DNA of 64,000 nucleotides from Escherichia coli (GTDB lineage Bacteria; Pseudomonadota; Gammaproteobacteria; Enterobacterales; Enterobacteriaceae): NCBI RefSeq assembly GCF_045037415.1, contig NZ_CP173438.1; one strand, 5' to 3'. Shown piece by piece: positions 34,560 to 45,537 of this stretch (position 1 is its first letter; each line of letters starts with the position of its first letter). The notes under the pieces were generated by a model. It saw only the letters and a program-made list of their open reading frames with translations, ran no database searches and was not told where the DNA came from. The position numbers and the translations under genes were made by a program.

Positions 34560-35069
34560 ATGTACACTTCAGGCTATGCACATCGTTCTTCGTCGTTCTC
34601 ATCCGCAGCAAGTAAAATTGCGCGTGTCTCTACGGAAAACACTACAGCCGGGCTTATCAGTGAAGTTGTCTATCGCGAAGATCAGCCCATGATGACGCAA
34701 CTTCTACTGTTGCCATTGTTACAGCAACTCGGTCAGCAATCACGCTGGCAACTCTGGTTAACACCGCAACAAAAACTGAGTCGCGAATGGGTTCAGGCAT
34801 CTGGGCTACCCTTAACGAAAGTAATGCAGATTAGCCAGCTCTCCCCTTGCCACACCGTGGAGTCAATGGTTCGCGCTTTACGCACGGGCAATTACAGCGT
34901 GGTGATCGGTTGGTTGGCAGATGATTTGACTGCAGAAGAGCATGCTGAACTTGTTGATGCGGCAAATGAAGGTAACGCTATGGGGTTTATTATGCGTCCG
35001 GTAAGCGCATCCTCTCACGCAACGAGACAACTTTCCGGGCTAAAAATTCACTCTAATTTGTATCATTAA
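34560..35069 (+). CDS. sulA: SOS cell-division inhibitor SulA
   Basis: 169 aa from [38 protein letters not shown]. Confidence 0.93.
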   Translation: MYTSGYAHRSSSFSSAASKIARVSTENTTAGLISEVVYREDQPMMTQLLLLPLLQQLGQQSRWQLWLTPQQKLSREWVQASGLPLTKVMQISQLSPCHTVESMVRALRTGNYSVVIGWLADDLTAEEHAELVDAANEGNAMGFIMRPVSASSHATRQLSGLKIHSNLYH

Positions 35070-35291
35070 GTAAATTTAGGATTAATCCTGGAACTTTTTT
35101 TATCGCCCAGCCAATGCTTTCAGTCGTGACTAATTTTCCTTGCGGAGGCTTGTCTGAAGCGGTTTCCGCGATTTTCTTCTGTAAATTGTCGCTGACAAAA
35201 AAGATTAAACGTACCTTATACAAGACTTTTTTTTCATATGCCTGACGGAGTTCACACTTGTAAGTTTTCAACTACGTTGTAGACTTTACAT

Positions 35292-35424
35292 CGCCAGGGG
35301 TGCTCGGCATAAGCCGAAGATATCGGTAGAGTTAATATTGAGCAGATCCCCGGTGAAGGATTTAACCGTGTTATCTCGTTGGAGATATTCATGGCGTATT
35401 TTGGATGATAACGAGGCGCAAAAA
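35292..35424 (+). promoter_or_regulatory. ompA 5' untranslated leader (stability element; MicA/RybB target region)
   Basis: Sequence GCCAGGGGTGCTCGGCATAAGCCGAAGATATCGGTAGAGTTAATATTGAGCAGATCCCC... matches the known 133-nt ompA leader. Confidence 0.8.
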
Positions 35425-36477
35425 ATGAAAAAGACAGCTATCGCGATTGCAGTGGCACTGGCTGGTTTCGCTACCGTAGCGCAGGCCGCTCCGAAAGATA
35501 ACACCTGGTACACTGGTGCTAAACTGGGCTGGTCCCAGTACCATGACACTGGTTTTATTCCTAACAATGGTCCGACCCACGAAAACCAACTGGGTGCAGG
35601 TGCTTTTGGTGGTTACCAGGTTAACCCGTATGTTGGCTTTGAAATGGGTTACGACTGGTTAGGTCGTATGCCGTACAAAGGCGACAACATCAACGGCGCA
35701 TACAAAGCTCAGGGCGTTCAGCTGACCGCTAAACTGGGTTACCCAATCACTGACGATCTGGACATCTACACTCGTCTGGGTGGTATGGTATGGCGTGCAG
35801 ACACCAAGGCTAACGTACCTGGTGGCGCATCCTTTAAAGACCACGACACCGGCGTTTCTCCGGTCTTCGCTGGCGGTGTTGAGTATGCGATCACTCCCGA
35901 AATCGCTACCCGTCTGGAATACCAGTGGACCAACAACATCGGTGATGCACACACCATCGGCACTCGTCCGGACAACGGCATGCTGAGCCTGGGTGTTTCC
36001 TACCGTTTCGGTCAGGGCGAAGCAGCTCCAGTAGTTGCTCCGGCTCCAGCTCCGGCACCGGAAGTACAGACCAAGCACTTCACTCTGAAGTCTGACGTTC
36101 TGTTCACCTTCAACAAAGCAACCCTGAAACCGGAAGGTCAGGCTGCTCTGGATCAGCTGTACAGCCAGCTGAGCAACCTGGATCCGAAAGACGGTTCCGT
36201 AGTTGTTCTGGGTTACACTGACCGCATCGGTTCTGACGCTTATAACCAGGCTCTGTCCGAGCGTCGTGCTCAGTCCGTTGTTGATTACCTGATCTCTAAA
36301 GGTATCCCGGCAGACAAAATCTCCGCACGTGGTATGGGCGAATCCAACCCGGTTACTGGCAACACCTGTGACAACGTGAAACAGCGTGCTGCACTGATCG
36401 ATTGCCTGGCTCCGGATCGTCGCGTAGAGATCGAAGTTAAAGGCATCAAAGACGTTGTAACTCAGCCGCAGGCTTAA
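35425..36477 (+). CDS. ompA: Outer-membrane protein A OmpA (variant surface-loop allele)
   Basis: 350 aa from [21 protein letters not shown]; beta-barrel plus OmpA-like C-terminal domain; loops read FIPNNG, DNING and [13 protein letters not shown]. Confidence 0.95.
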   Translation: MKKTAIAIAVALAGFATVAQAAPKDNTWYTGAKLGWSQYHDTGFIPNNGPTHENQLGAGAFGGYQVNPYVGFEMGYDWLGRMPYKGDNINGAYKAQGVQLTAKLGYPITDDLDIYTRLGGMVWRADTKANVPGGASFKDHDTGVSPVFAGGVEYAITPEIATRLEYQWTNNIGDAHTIGTRPDNGMLSLGVSYRFGQGEAAPVVAPAPAPAPEVQTKHFTLKSDVLFTFNKATLKPEGQAALDQLYSQLSNLDPKDGSVVVLGYTDRIGSDAYNQALSERRAQSVVDYLISKGIPADKISARGMGESNPVTGNTCDNVKQRAALIDCLAPDRRVEIEVKGIKDVVTQPQA

Positions 36478-36490
36478 GTTCTCGTCTGGT

Positions 36491-36520
36491 AAAAAACCCC
36501 GCTGCTGCGGGGTTTTTTTT
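36491..36520 (+). terminator. ompA rho-independent terminator
   Basis: aaaaaa-ccccgc-tgct-gcgggg-tttttttt hairpin. Confidence 0.9.
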
Positions 36521-36552
36521 CGCCTTGCGTAAATTGAACTGACTTTTGACAG

Positions 36553-37005
36553 TTATTCCTTACCCAGCAATGCCTGCAGATCCTGCTTCAAAGAAGACAT
36601 TTTATTCGCGTATTTCTCTTTGTTTTCCGCATCTTCAATCAGCTGAACAATCGTTTCAGAAAGCGTTTTACCGCGACGCTGCGCAAGGCCAGCCAGACGT
36701 TGCCAGACGATAAATTCCAGATCGATCGATTTTTTGCGCGTATGCTGGTGTTCCGCATTAAAATGGCGCTTCCGTCTGGCCCGAATGGTCTGCTTCATGC
36801 GATTGACCAGTTCCGGATTCATATGCTTGTCAATCCAACCATTTACCAGCACGGGTTCATTTTCCAGCGAGAGCAACTCATCGACGGCTTCCTGGGCGGC
36901 ACTGGCTTCTATGTAACGGGTGATTAACTCCCCTTCGCGGTGCTTCTTCACCAGATACTTCCATTTCCAACCGCTTTCAAGATTTTCAAGTTGTTGATAT
37001 TTCAT
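36553..37005 (-). CDS. matP: Macrodomain Ter protein MatP
   Basis: 150-aa [38 protein letters not shown]... Confidence 0.93.
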   Translation of the reverse strand: MKYQQLENLESGWKWKYLVKKHREGELITRYIEASAAQEAVDELLSLENEPVLVNGWIDKHMNPELVNRMKQTIRARRKRHFNAEHQHTRKKSIDLEFIVWQRLAGLAQRRGKTLSETIVQLIEDAENKEKYANKMSSLKQDLQALLGKE

Positions 37006-37190
37006 AGCGATCTCAATGTTACCGTGTAACTCTTTACAGAATATCAGCTTTTTAGGCCAGTGAAGAAAAGAATCTCCATCCTGTGAGCTTTAACGCCCAT
37101 GCCAGGCGTATTGTCGTTGCTTTCTACGTGTGCTGCAGTGCCGGTTACGGTATAATCGCGGCTTTGACAACAGACTAAAAAACATCAACT

Positions 37191-38951
37191 TTGACCATTA
37201 CGAAACTTGCATGGCGTGACCTGGTTCCTGATACCGATAGCTATCAGGAAATATTTGCTCAGCCACATTTGATTGACGAAAACGATCCTTTATTCAGTGA
37301 TACTCAACCGCGACTGCAATTTGCGCTGGAGCAGTTGCTGCATACGCGAGCATCCTCCTCTTTTATGCTGGCGAAGGCCCCGGAAGAGTCTGAGTATCTG
37401 AATCTTATTGCTGATGCCGCGCGTACGCTACAAAGCGATGCAGGCCAACTGGTGGGCGGTCACTATGAGGTTTCCGGCCACACCATCCGCTTACGTCACG
37501 CAGTGAGTGCAGATGATAATTTTGCGACTTTAACGCAAGTTGTCGCTGCCGACTGGGTAGAAGCAGAGCAACTCTTTGGCTGCCTGCGTCAGTTTAATGG
37601 CGATATTACCCTGCAGCCTGGTCTGGTGCATCAGGCAAATGGCGGTATTCTCATCATCTCTTTGCGTACACTGCTGGCGCAACCTCTGCTGTGGATGCGG
37701 CTGAAAAATATCGTTAACCGCGAGCGTTTTGACTGGGTTGCGTTTGATGAGTCGCGCCCTCTCCCCGTCTCTGTGCCTTCGATGCCATTGAAGCTGAAAG
37801 TCATTCTGGTAGGCGAACGCGAATCATTGGCTGATTTCCAGGAGATGGAGCCAGAGCTTTCAGAGCAGGCTATTTATAGCGAATTTGAAGATACTCTGCA
37901 GATTGTCGATGCGGAGTCAGTAAGCCAGTGGTGTCGCTGGGTGACATTTACCGCCAGACATAATCACTTACCAGCACCGGGAGCGGATGCCTGGCCGGTA
38001 CTTATCCGCGAAGCAGCACGCTACACTGGTGAACAAGAAACACTTCCGCTTAGCCCGCAGTGGATCCTCCGCCAGTGTCAAGAGGTCGCCTCCCTGTGTG
38101 ATGGCGACACCTTCTCCGGCGAGCAGCTAAACTTAATGCTACAGCAGCGTGAATGGCGCGAAGGTTTCCTCGCTGAACGCATGCAGGATGAGATCCTTCA
38201 GGAGCAAATCCTGATTGAAACCGAAGGCGAACGCATCGGGCAAATTAACGCCCTTTCGGTCATTGAATTTCCGGGTCATCCACGCGCTTTTGGCGAACCT
38301 TCTCGCATTAGCTGCGTTGTGCATATTGGCGATGGTGAATTCACCGACATCGAACGCAAAGCGGAGCTTGGCGGCAATATCCATGCGAAAGGGATGATGA
38401 TCATGCAAGCGTTCCTGATGTCGGAACTACAGCTTGAGCAACAGATCCCCTTCTCAGCATCGCTGACATTTGAGCAGTCATACAGTGAAGTGGATGGCGA
38501 TAGTGCCTCGATGGCTGAACTCTGCGCTCTGATCAGCGCCCTCGCCGATGTGCCGGTGAATCAGAGTATCGCTATCACAGGTTCAGTCGATCAGTTCGGT
38601 CGCGCCCAGCCAGTCGGTGGTTTAAATGAGAAAATCGAAGGCTTCTTTGCTATTTGCCAGCAACGTGAGTTAACGGGGAAACAAGGTGTCATTATCCCCA
38701 CTGCTAACGTTCGCCATTTAAGTCTTCACAGTGAACTGGTGAAAGCGGTAGAAGAAGGCAAATTCACCATCTGGGCAGTAGACGATGTGACTGACGCACT
38801 GCCGTTATTATTAAATCTGGTGTGGGATGGCGAAGGCCAGACGACGCTGATGCAAACCATCCAGGAACGTATCGCACAAGCATCGCAACAGGAAGGACGT
38901 CACCGTTTTCCATGGCCATTACGTTGGCTGAACTGGTTTATTCCGAACTGA
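37191..38951 (+). CDS. ycbZ: Lon-protease homologue YcbZ
   Basis: 586-aa ORF; Lon S16 proteolytic-domain signature around DGDSASMAE; no canonical Walker A seen. Confidence 0.88.
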   Translation: MTITKLAWRDLVPDTDSYQEIFAQPHLIDENDPLFSDTQPRLQFALEQLLHTRASSSFMLAKAPEESEYLNLIADAARTLQSDAGQLVGGHYEVSGHTIRLRHAVSADDNFATLTQVVAADWVEAEQLFGCLRQFNGDITLQPGLVHQANGGILIISLRTLLAQPLLWMRLKNIVNRERFDWVAFDESRPLPVSVPSMPLKLKVILVGERESLADFQEMEPELSEQAIYSEFEDTLQIVDAESVSQWCRWVTFTARHNHLPAPGADAWPVLIREAARYTGEQETLPLSPQWILRQCQEVASLCDGDTFSGEQLNLMLQQREWREGFLAERMQDEILQEQILIETEGERIGQINALSVIEFPGHPRAFGEPSRISCVVHIGDGEFTDIERKAELGGNIHAKGMMIMQAFLMSELQLEQQIPFSASLTFEQSYSEVDGDSASMAELCALISALADVPVNQSIAITGSVDQFGRAQPVGGLNEKIEGFFAICQQRELTGKQGVIIPTANVRHLSLHSELVKAVEEGKFTIWAVDDVTDALPLLLNLVWDGEGQTTLMQTIQERIAQASQQEGRHRFPWPLRWLNWFIPN

Positions 38952-38981
38952 TCGGACTTGTTCAGCGTACACGTGTTAGCT
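38945..38981 (+). promoter_or_regulatory. fabA promoter operators: FadR site (aactgatcggacttgtt) and FabR palindrome (agcgtacacgtgttagct)
   Basis: Both motifs lie 40-75 bp upstream of the fabA ATG and match the recalled fabA promoter. Confidence 0.7.
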
Positions 38982-39019
38982 ATCCTGCGTGCTTCAATAA
39001 AATAAGGCTTACAGAGAAC

Positions 39020-39538
39020 ATGGTAGATAAACGCGAATCCTATACAAAAGAAGACCTTCTTGCCTCTGGTCGCGGTGAACTGTTTGGCGCTAAAGGCCCG
39101 CAATTGCCAGCACCAAACATGCTGATGATGGACCGTGTGGTCAAAATGACCGAAACGGGTGGTAACTTCGACAAAGGGTATGTTGAAGCAGAGCTGGATA
39201 TCAATCCGGATCTGTGGTTCTTCGGATGCCACTTCATTGGTGATCCGGTTATGCCGGGATGCCTGGGCCTGGACGCAATGTGGCAGCTGGTAGGGTTCTA
39301 CCTCGGCTGGCTGGGCGGCGAAGGTAAAGGTCGCGCGTTGGGCGTAGGTGAAGTGAAATTCACAGGTCAGGTGCTGCCGACGGCGAAAAAAGTGACCTAT
39401 CGTATTCACTTTAAACGCATAGTTAACCGTCGTCTGATTATGGGCCTGGCTGATGGCGAAGTGCTGGTTGATGGTCGTTTGATCTATACCGCCAACGACC
39501 TGAAAGTCGGTCTGTTCCAGGATACGTCTGCCTTCTGA
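39020..39538 (+). CDS. fabA: 3-hydroxydecanoyl-ACP dehydratase/isomerase FabA
   Basis: 172 aa from [40 protein letters not shown]. Confidence 0.95.
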   Translation: MVDKRESYTKEDLLASGRGELFGAKGPQLPAPNMLMMDRVVKMTETGGNFDKGYVEAELDINPDLWFFGCHFIGDPVMPGCLGLDAMWQLVGFYLGWLGGEGKGRALGVGEVKFTGQVLPTAKKVTYRIHFKRIVNRRLIMGLADGEVLVDGRLIYTANDLKVGLFQDTSAF

Positions 39539-39559
39539 TAATAATCAGACAGAGTATAA

Positions 39560-39595
39560 AAAGGCGAAACCTCCGCAATGCGGAGGTTTCTTTTT
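39560..39595. terminator. Bidirectional terminator between fabA and rmf
   Basis: cctccgca-a-tgcggagg hairpin flanked by A-run and T-run. Confidence 0.85.
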
Positions 39596-39607
39596 AAAGA
39601 GACAGAA

Positions 39608-39775
39608 TCAGGCCATTACTACCCTGTCCGCCATGGCTTCTCGCCAGCCTCCCAGCCATTGTGACCTTTGATTCAGCGTCTGATAGGGACACATTTCTTT
39701 TGAGCGTCCGGCGATGCCGGCCTGATAACCACGTTGATGTGCCCGTTCCAGGCGATCTCGTTTTTGTCTCTTCAT
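39608..39775 (-). CDS. rmf: Ribosome modulation factor Rmf
   Basis: Reverse-strand translation MKRQKRDRLERAHQRGYQAGIAGRSKEMCPYQTLNQRSQWLGGWREAMADRVVMA (55 aa). Confidence 0.92.
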   Translation of the reverse strand: MKRQKRDRLERAHQRGYQAGIAGRSKEMCPYQTLNQRSQWLGGWREAMADRVVMA

Positions 39776-39971
39776 GCCTCGTTTCCCTCATACTGGTTTC
39801 TGGTGGAAAAGAAAACAGTGATTACTAAATATGCAACCACAGTTAAGCAATACCGCGAATCATAACTGCCGTCAATGCGCAAAATTCACGCCACTGTCAT
39901 ATTTGTGAGCTACACGGGCATGTCGGTTGTACAAAAAATGTGAAGAGGAACAACTTTTTCCGCACGTTAGA

Positions 39972-40009
39972 AACAAAAAAACCGCCTCAGGCAACATACC
40001 GGAGACGGT
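39972..40009 (-). terminator. Terminator downstream of pqiC
   Basis: Minus-strand hairpin accgucuc/gaggcggu followed by UUUUUUU. Confidence 0.6.
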
Positions 40010-40030
40010 TATATTTACAAATCTTTATGA

Positions 40031-40594
40031 TTAAGGTAGACGCTTTATCTCTTGCGCAATAGAAGCGGCTTCCTGACTCCAGACACGGGCCAGCACTTTA
40101 ACCATCTCATCGTAACCATCCTGAGTTTGCACTCCTTCCAGACGGAACGGACGTTTGATCAGTTGTCCCTGGTGGTTCAACAGCCACTCACCACTGACAA
40201 TGACCTTGCCATCATAGCGACCGTTAAACTCCGTGACGGTAACATTGAGCGTGTCCTGGGCGCTTCCCAGAGGCTGGGAGGCAACCACCCAGCCGGGCAG
40301 TTGCGTACTCAGGTTGGCAACCAGGGTGTTGCGCAACTGTTGATCCAACGGGCTGGCCCACAAGTTGTTGTTGGCAATCACATACTTCACATCACTGGTT
40401 TGATAAACCACACCATTCCCCGCCAGATAGTCAGGAACAGCGACCTGCTCAACCCATAACAGGCGATTACCCTGGCTGGCGGTGCTTTGTGTACCGCTCT
40501 GCACCACAGGTAACTGGTAATAGTTTTTATTAATTTCACCGGAGCTGCATCCGGCCAGCCACAGTGCCGCAATCGTCACTAGCCACTTTTTCAT
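40031..40594 (-). CDS. pqiC: Lipoprotein PqiC (YmbA)
   Basis: 187-aa ORF with lipobox LAGCSS. Confidence 0.9.
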   Translation of the reverse strand: MKKWLVTIAALWLAGCSSGEINKNYYQLPVVQSGTQSTASQGNRLLWVEQVAVPDYLAGNGVVYQTSDVKYVIANNNLWASPLDQQLRNTLVANLSTQLPGWVVASQPLGSAQDTLNVTVTEFNGRYDGKVIVSGEWLLNHQGQLIKRPFRLEGVQTQDGYDEMVKVLARVWSQEAASIAQEIKRLP

Positions 40595-42231
40595 TGTTTC
40601 GCCCTCTTCGGCTCTGGATCTTTTTTGTCCTTCGCTTCAAATACCAGCGCGTTACTCTTCTCGTTGAGCGTTTTCAGCACCGGTTGCAGTTCTCGCAACA
40701 CCTGATCAAGGCGCTGCATATCCGCCACCATCTTGTTGTAGGCTGCGGAACCAGGCTGGAAGCCCTGCATACTGCGATTCAATTCACGCAACGTTGACTG
40801 CATATCCGTCGGTAACTGCTGCATCGACTGGCTGGCGAGGATCTTGTTCATGCTATCCAGCGTCGTTTGCAGGTTTTTCATTGTGCGCTGACTTTCAGAA
40901 AGCGTACTGGTTGCCTGTTCAATCATCGGATTCAGTGGCAGTTTGTTGATCTTATCCAACGCTTCCATCAGTCGTTGCTGGATTTGCGCCAGGCCGCCGC
41001 TGACGGTCGGGATAATCTGATAACCATTAAATTCACGAATACCGGTTATTGCAGGCGTATTTGGATAGAAATCGAGATCAACATACAGTGCGCCAGTGAC
41101 CAGGTTTCCGGTTTTCAGCGATCCGCGTAAACCACGTTTCAACAATTCGCCAAGGTGCTCAACAACATCCGCATTTTCGCCAAGCTGCATTTTCAGCCGC
41201 TCTGGCTCGATACGAATCAGTACCGGAATACGGTAATCATCGTTAAATGTCTGACGCATATTCGGCGCAAAGAATGGCACTTTGCTTACGGTACCCAGGC
41301 GAATACCCCGGAATTCTACCGGAGCTCCCGGTTGCAGACCGCGTACCGAATCTTTAAAGAACATCAGATAATCAATGTGATCGGTGTACAACGAATCCTG
41401 AATGCTCTTCTGATCATCATACAAAACGAAAGCTGTTTTCGGTGCCACTGGCTGCCCTAAATCCAGACCTTCCGGCACATCAAAGCTGACACCGCCACTA
41501 AGCAGCGTTGTCAATGAGCCCATCTCCACACGCATTCCCGCTGACGTCAGATCAACCGCAATGCCACTATCTTTCCAGAAACGAACATTGCTGGTCACCA
41601 GTCGGTCATAAGGTGCATTGATGAACAGTTGATAGCTGATATTGCGTTTTTGCGTATCGAAAGTGCTGGTTTCAACCGAACCTACCCGATAGCCACGGAA
41701 CAGCACCGGATCCCCTGGCGAGAGCTGCCCGGCTTTTTTGCTATCGAGAAGCACACGGATACCTTTCGCATCAGGCGGGGCCAACGGTGGCGAGTCCAGC
41801 AAATCGTATTTATCCATTTTGCTGCCTTTCGCGCCTGGCTGCAGTTCGATATAAACCCCAGACAGCAGCGTTCCCAGGCCGCTAATCCCTTCTCGACCAA
41901 TCTGCGGTTTCACCACCCAAAAGACGGTATCTTTATGCAGCAATTTTTCCATACCGGAATTCAGCCGCGCTTTGATTTCAACGTGCGTCAAATCATCAGC
42001 CAGTGTGGCGCTTTCAACCACGCCGACGTCAACGCTACGGCTTTTAATGGTGGTTTTGCCACCTTCAATTCCTTCCGCATTCGCGGTGATCAGGGTCACT
42101 TCCGGTCCCTGATGGCTGTAATGATAAAAAAGAACCCAGGCCCCAATGAGCGCCGTGACGATAGGAAATATCCACACGGGAGACCAGTTCTTCACTTTCT
42201 GGATTTTGGCTTCCCCATTATTAGATTCCAT
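40591..42231 (-). CDS. pqiB: MCE-domain envelope-spanning protein PqiB
   Basis: 546 aa from MESNNGEAKIQKVKNWSPVWIF. Confidence 0.9.
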   Translation of the reverse strand: MESNNGEAKIQKVKNWSPVWIFPIVTALIGAWVLFYHYSHQGPEVTLITANAEGIEGGKTTIKSRSVDVGVVESATLADDLTHVEIKARLNSGMEKLLHKDTVFWVVKPQIGREGISGLGTLLSGVYIELQPGAKGSKMDKYDLLDSPPLAPPDAKGIRVLLDSKKAGQLSPGDPVLFRGYRVGSVETSTFDTQKRNISYQLFINAPYDRLVTSNVRFWKDSGIAVDLTSAGMRVEMGSLTTLLSGGVSFDVPEGLDLGQPVAPKTAFVLYDDQKSIQDSLYTDHIDYLMFFKDSVRGLQPGAPVEFRGIRLGTVSKVPFFAPNMRQTFNDDYRIPVLIRIEPERLKMQLGENADVVEHLGELLKRGLRGSLKTGNLVTGALYVDLDFYPNTPAITGIREFNGYQIIPTVSGGLAQIQQRLMEALDKINKLPLNPMIEQATSTLSESQRTMKNLQTTLDSMNKILASQSMQQLPTDMQSTLRELNRSMQGFQPGSAAYNKMVADMQRLDQVLRELQPVLKTLNEKSNALVFEAKDKKDPEPKRAKQ

Positions 42232-42235
42232 ACTG

Positions 42236-43489
42236 TCAGGACTCCTCATGCTCTGATTCAGGTTGACGATCCCACGACAAACGCGGGTCAAACGTCATAG
42301 CAGAAAACATTGTCATTATGACGACTAAAGCAAACATTAATGCACCCATTGCCGGATAAATACTCATTAAACCTCCCATACGCACCAGCGCCGAGAGCAC
42401 CGCGATAACGAAAACGTCAATCATCGACCAGCGGCCTACAAACTCAACAACTTCATAAATCAAATGCATTCTTTCACTGTCGCGCTTGCCGTGTCCTTTG
42501 GCATCCCAACACAGCCACGCAATGGCGATCATCTTTAACGTTGGCACCATAATACTGGCCAGAAAAATCACCGCAGCGACGGGATAAGAGCCTTCGCTCC
42601 ATAACAGAATGACCCCAGCGAGAATCGTCGACGGCATCTTCGAGCCTAATAAATCCGTCACCATGATGGGCAAAATATTAGCCGGAAGATACAGCATGAT
42701 AGACGTTACAAGCAGCGCGAGTGTCCATTGCAGGCTGTTTCTACGCCGAACGTACCCTTTGGTACTACAACGCGGGCACACGGGTTCATCAGCAGGAAGG
42801 ATTGCCGTACAACAGGAACACGAACGCAGCCCCTGGCGTATCCCCGTGACGCCTGGTTTTAGCGGCTGGCGCAGTTCTGGCATCGGGGCGATGTCGTCCC
42901 ATAACCAGCGACGATCAACGCACTGAAAAGCGCGCAGTTGCAGGACACAAAATAAACACCAGGGGAGAAAGCTGCTGCCTACCCCAATGCTGCCGTAAGC
43001 CATCAGTTTAACGAAACTGACCAGCACACCCGCGAGGAAAATCTCCGCCATTCCCCAGGTTTTGAGTTGAAAAAGCACCCGTGCCAGTTGCTCTTTTAAA
43101 CGGACCGGTAATTCCGCGCGATTCACCAGTAACAGAATGGTTATCAGACAAAACGCGGGAACCAGTTGCACAAACAACAGGAAAAAGGTGCCGAGGCTGG
43201 CGTAGTCCTCAGAAAAAAGCACGCCGGGAATTTCCAGTAATGTAATTTCACTGGTAACTCCTGCAACGTTCATATTCACAAAAGGAAACAAGTTGGACAG
43301 CAACAGCATGAACAGTGCAGCCAACGCATAGGCGGTGGGACGCTGCCGAGGGGCATCCCACGCCACGGTTAACGTTGTGCCACACCGGGGACATGCCGCT
43401 TTCTGACCATGCTCAAGGCGCGGTAACGCCACCAGCATGTCACACTGCGAGCACAGGATGTGCTTCGCGGCATGATGATGTTCGCACAT
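42236..43489 (-). CDS. pqiA: Paraquat-inducible membrane protein PqiA
   Basis: 417-aa membrane ORF with CxxC pairs. Confidence 0.92.
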   Translation of the reverse strand: MCEHHHAAKHILCSQCDMLVALPRLEHGQKAACPRCGTTLTVAWDAPRQRPTAYALAALFMLLLSNLFPFVNMNVAGVTSEITLLEIPGVLFSEDYASLGTFFLLFVQLVPAFCLITILLLVNRAELPVRLKEQLARVLFQLKTWGMAEIFLAGVLVSFVKLMAYGSIGVGSSFLPWCLFCVLQLRAFQCVDRRWLWDDIAPMPELRQPLKPGVTGIRQGLRSCSCCTAILPADEPVCPRCSTKGYVRRRNSLQWTLALLVTSIMLYLPANILPIMVTDLLGSKMPSTILAGVILLWSEGSYPVAAVIFLASIMVPTLKMIAIAWLCWDAKGHGKRDSERMHLIYEVVEFVGRWSMIDVFVIAVLSALVRMGGLMSIYPAMGALMFALVVIMTMFSAMTFDPRLSWDRQPESEHEES

Positions 43490-43618
43490 TGGTACTCCTT
43501 AATGATGCGCTATTTTGCAGATGACTAACAAAGTGTTGGTTTTCATGCCTGATAAACCCAGTACATCAGGCAATTTTACCGTTGTCAGCAGTCTCTGTTT
43601 AAATCGACTATTTTGCGA

Positions 43619-45526
43619 TCAGCCACCATTTTTTAACGCTTCAAGATACTCCCAGCGTTCAAAGGCTTGCTCCAGCTCCTGCTCTGCAGCAGCCATATCA
43701 GCGAGTACTTTTTGCGTCTGCTCATGCGGCTGACTGAAGAAGGAAGCATCCGCCACTTGCGTCTGTAAAGCTTCCAGCTTCGCCTCCAGATCTTCAAGCA
43801 ATTGCGGTAGCAGCTCCAGTTCACGCTGCAATTTATAGCTTAGTTTGCTACTGCTGCGTTTTACAGTTTCTGCTTTTGGCGCGGCGGCTTCTTCGCTTTT
43901 TTTCACCGCAGGCTGTTTGAGCGCCACATACTGTTCTTGCTGACCACGGGCATCATGATAACCGCCGACATAACGACCAATTTTACCGCCGCCTTCGAAG
44001 ATCCAGCATTCTGTAACGGTGTTATCGACAAACTGACGATCGTGGCTAACCAGCAATACCGTGCCCTGATAGCTGTCGATCAGTTCTTCCAGCAGTTCCA
44101 GCGTTTCGACATCAAGATCGTTGGTCGGTTCGTCAAGAATCAATAAGTTGCTTGGTTTGAGGAACAAACGCGCCAACAACAAGCGGTTACGCTCACCGCC
44201 AGAAAGCGCACGTACCGGCGTCATCGCCCGTTTTGGATGGAACAGGAAGTCCTGCAAATAGCCCAATACGTGGCGTGGCTTGCCGTTAACCATCACCTCT
44301 TGCTTACCTTCGGCAAGGTTATCCATCACCGTTTTATCGGGATCCAGTTCCGCGCGGTGCTGATCGAAATAAGCCACTTCCAGTTTGGTGCCAACGTGAA
44401 TACGCCCGCTGTCTGCTTGAAGCTGACCGAGCATTAGTTTCAGCAGCGTGGTTTTGCCGCACCCATTCGGACCAATCAGGGCAATTTTGTCGCCGCGTAG
44501 AACCTGGGCAGAAAAATCTTTCACCAGTTGCTTACCGTCAACCTGGTAGCAAACGTCCTCCATTTCGAAAACGATCTTACCGGAGCGGCTGGCTTCTTCC
44601 ACCTGCATCTTTGCGGTACCCATCACTTCGCGACGTTCACCACGCTCACGACGCATTGCTTTCAGGGCGCGTACGCGGCCTTCATTACGGGTACGACGTG
44701 CTTTGATCCCCTGGCGGATCCACACCTCTTCCTGCGCCAGTTTGCGATCGAACTCGGCATTTTGTAATTCTTCCACGCGCAGGGCTTCTTCTTTTTCCAG
44801 CAGGTACTGGTCGTAATTCCCTGGATAGGTCACCAGCTTGCCGCGATCGAGATCAACAATGCGCGTCGCCATATTGCGGATAAACGAACGGTCGTGGGAA
44901 ATGAAAATAATTGTCCCATTGAAGGTTTTGAGGAACCCTTCCAGCCAGTCGATGGTTTCAATATCCAGGTGGTTAGTCGGTTCGTCGAGCAGCAATACGC
45001 GCGGATTGCTCACCAGCGCGCGTCCTAATGCCGCTTTACGCAACCAGCCACCGGAAAGCGACGACAGCGCAACATTAGGATCTAATCCCAGTTGCGCCAG
45101 CACTTCGTTGATGCGGTTTTCCAGCTGCCACAGGTTGTGGTGATCCAGCTGTTCCTGAACCTTCGCCAGTTCGTTGAGATTTTTCTCGCTCGGGTCGTTC
45201 ATCACCAGGCGCGAAATATCGTGATAGCGTTTCAGGTATTCCGCTTGTTCTTCAATGCCTTCGGCAACGAAATCATAAACGCTACCCTCAACGTTACGCG
45301 GCGGATCCTGTTGCAGACGAGCTACAATCAAATCTTGCTCGTAAATAATGCGACCGTCATCCAGCCCCTGTTCACGGTTGAGGATCTTCATTAACGTCGA
45401 TTTGCCTGCGCCGTTACGACCCACCAGACAAACACGTTCGTTATCTTCGATATGCAGTTCTGCGTTATCGAGAAGCGGCGCGTCGCTGAACGACAGCCAT
45501 GCGCCATGCATACTGATTAATGACAT
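43619..45526 (-). CDS. uup: ABC-F family ATPase Uup
   Basis: 635-aa ORF with two ABC cassettes (GRNGAGKST, GPNGCGKTT) and C-terminal coiled coil. Confidence 0.95.
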   Translation of the reverse strand: MSLISMHGAWLSFSDAPLLDNAELHIEDNERVCLVGRNGAGKSTLMKILNREQGLDDGRIIYEQDLIVARLQQDPPRNVEGSVYDFVAEGIEEQAEYLKRYHDISRLVMNDPSEKNLNELAKVQEQLDHHNLWQLENRINEVLAQLGLDPNVALSSLSGGWLRKAALGRALVSNPRVLLLDEPTNHLDIETIDWLEGFLKTFNGTIIFISHDRSFIRNMATRIVDLDRGKLVTYPGNYDQYLLEKEEALRVEELQNAEFDRKLAQEEVWIRQGIKARRTRNEGRVRALKAMRRERGERREVMGTAKMQVEEASRSGKIVFEMEDVCYQVDGKQLVKDFSAQVLRGDKIALIGPNGCGKTTLLKLMLGQLQADSGRIHVGTKLEVAYFDQHRAELDPDKTVMDNLAEGKQEVMVNGKPRHVLGYLQDFLFHPKRAMTPVRALSGGERNRLLLARLFLKPSNLLILDEPTNDLDVETLELLEELIDSYQGTVLLVSHDRQFVDNTVTECWIFEGGGKIGRYVGGYHDARGQQEQYVALKQPAVKKSEEAAAPKAETVKRSSSKLSYKLQRELELLPQLLEDLEAKLEALQTQVADASFFSQPHEQTQKVLADMAAAEQELEQAFERWEYLEALKNGG

Positions 45527-45537
45527 TACTATTCCTT

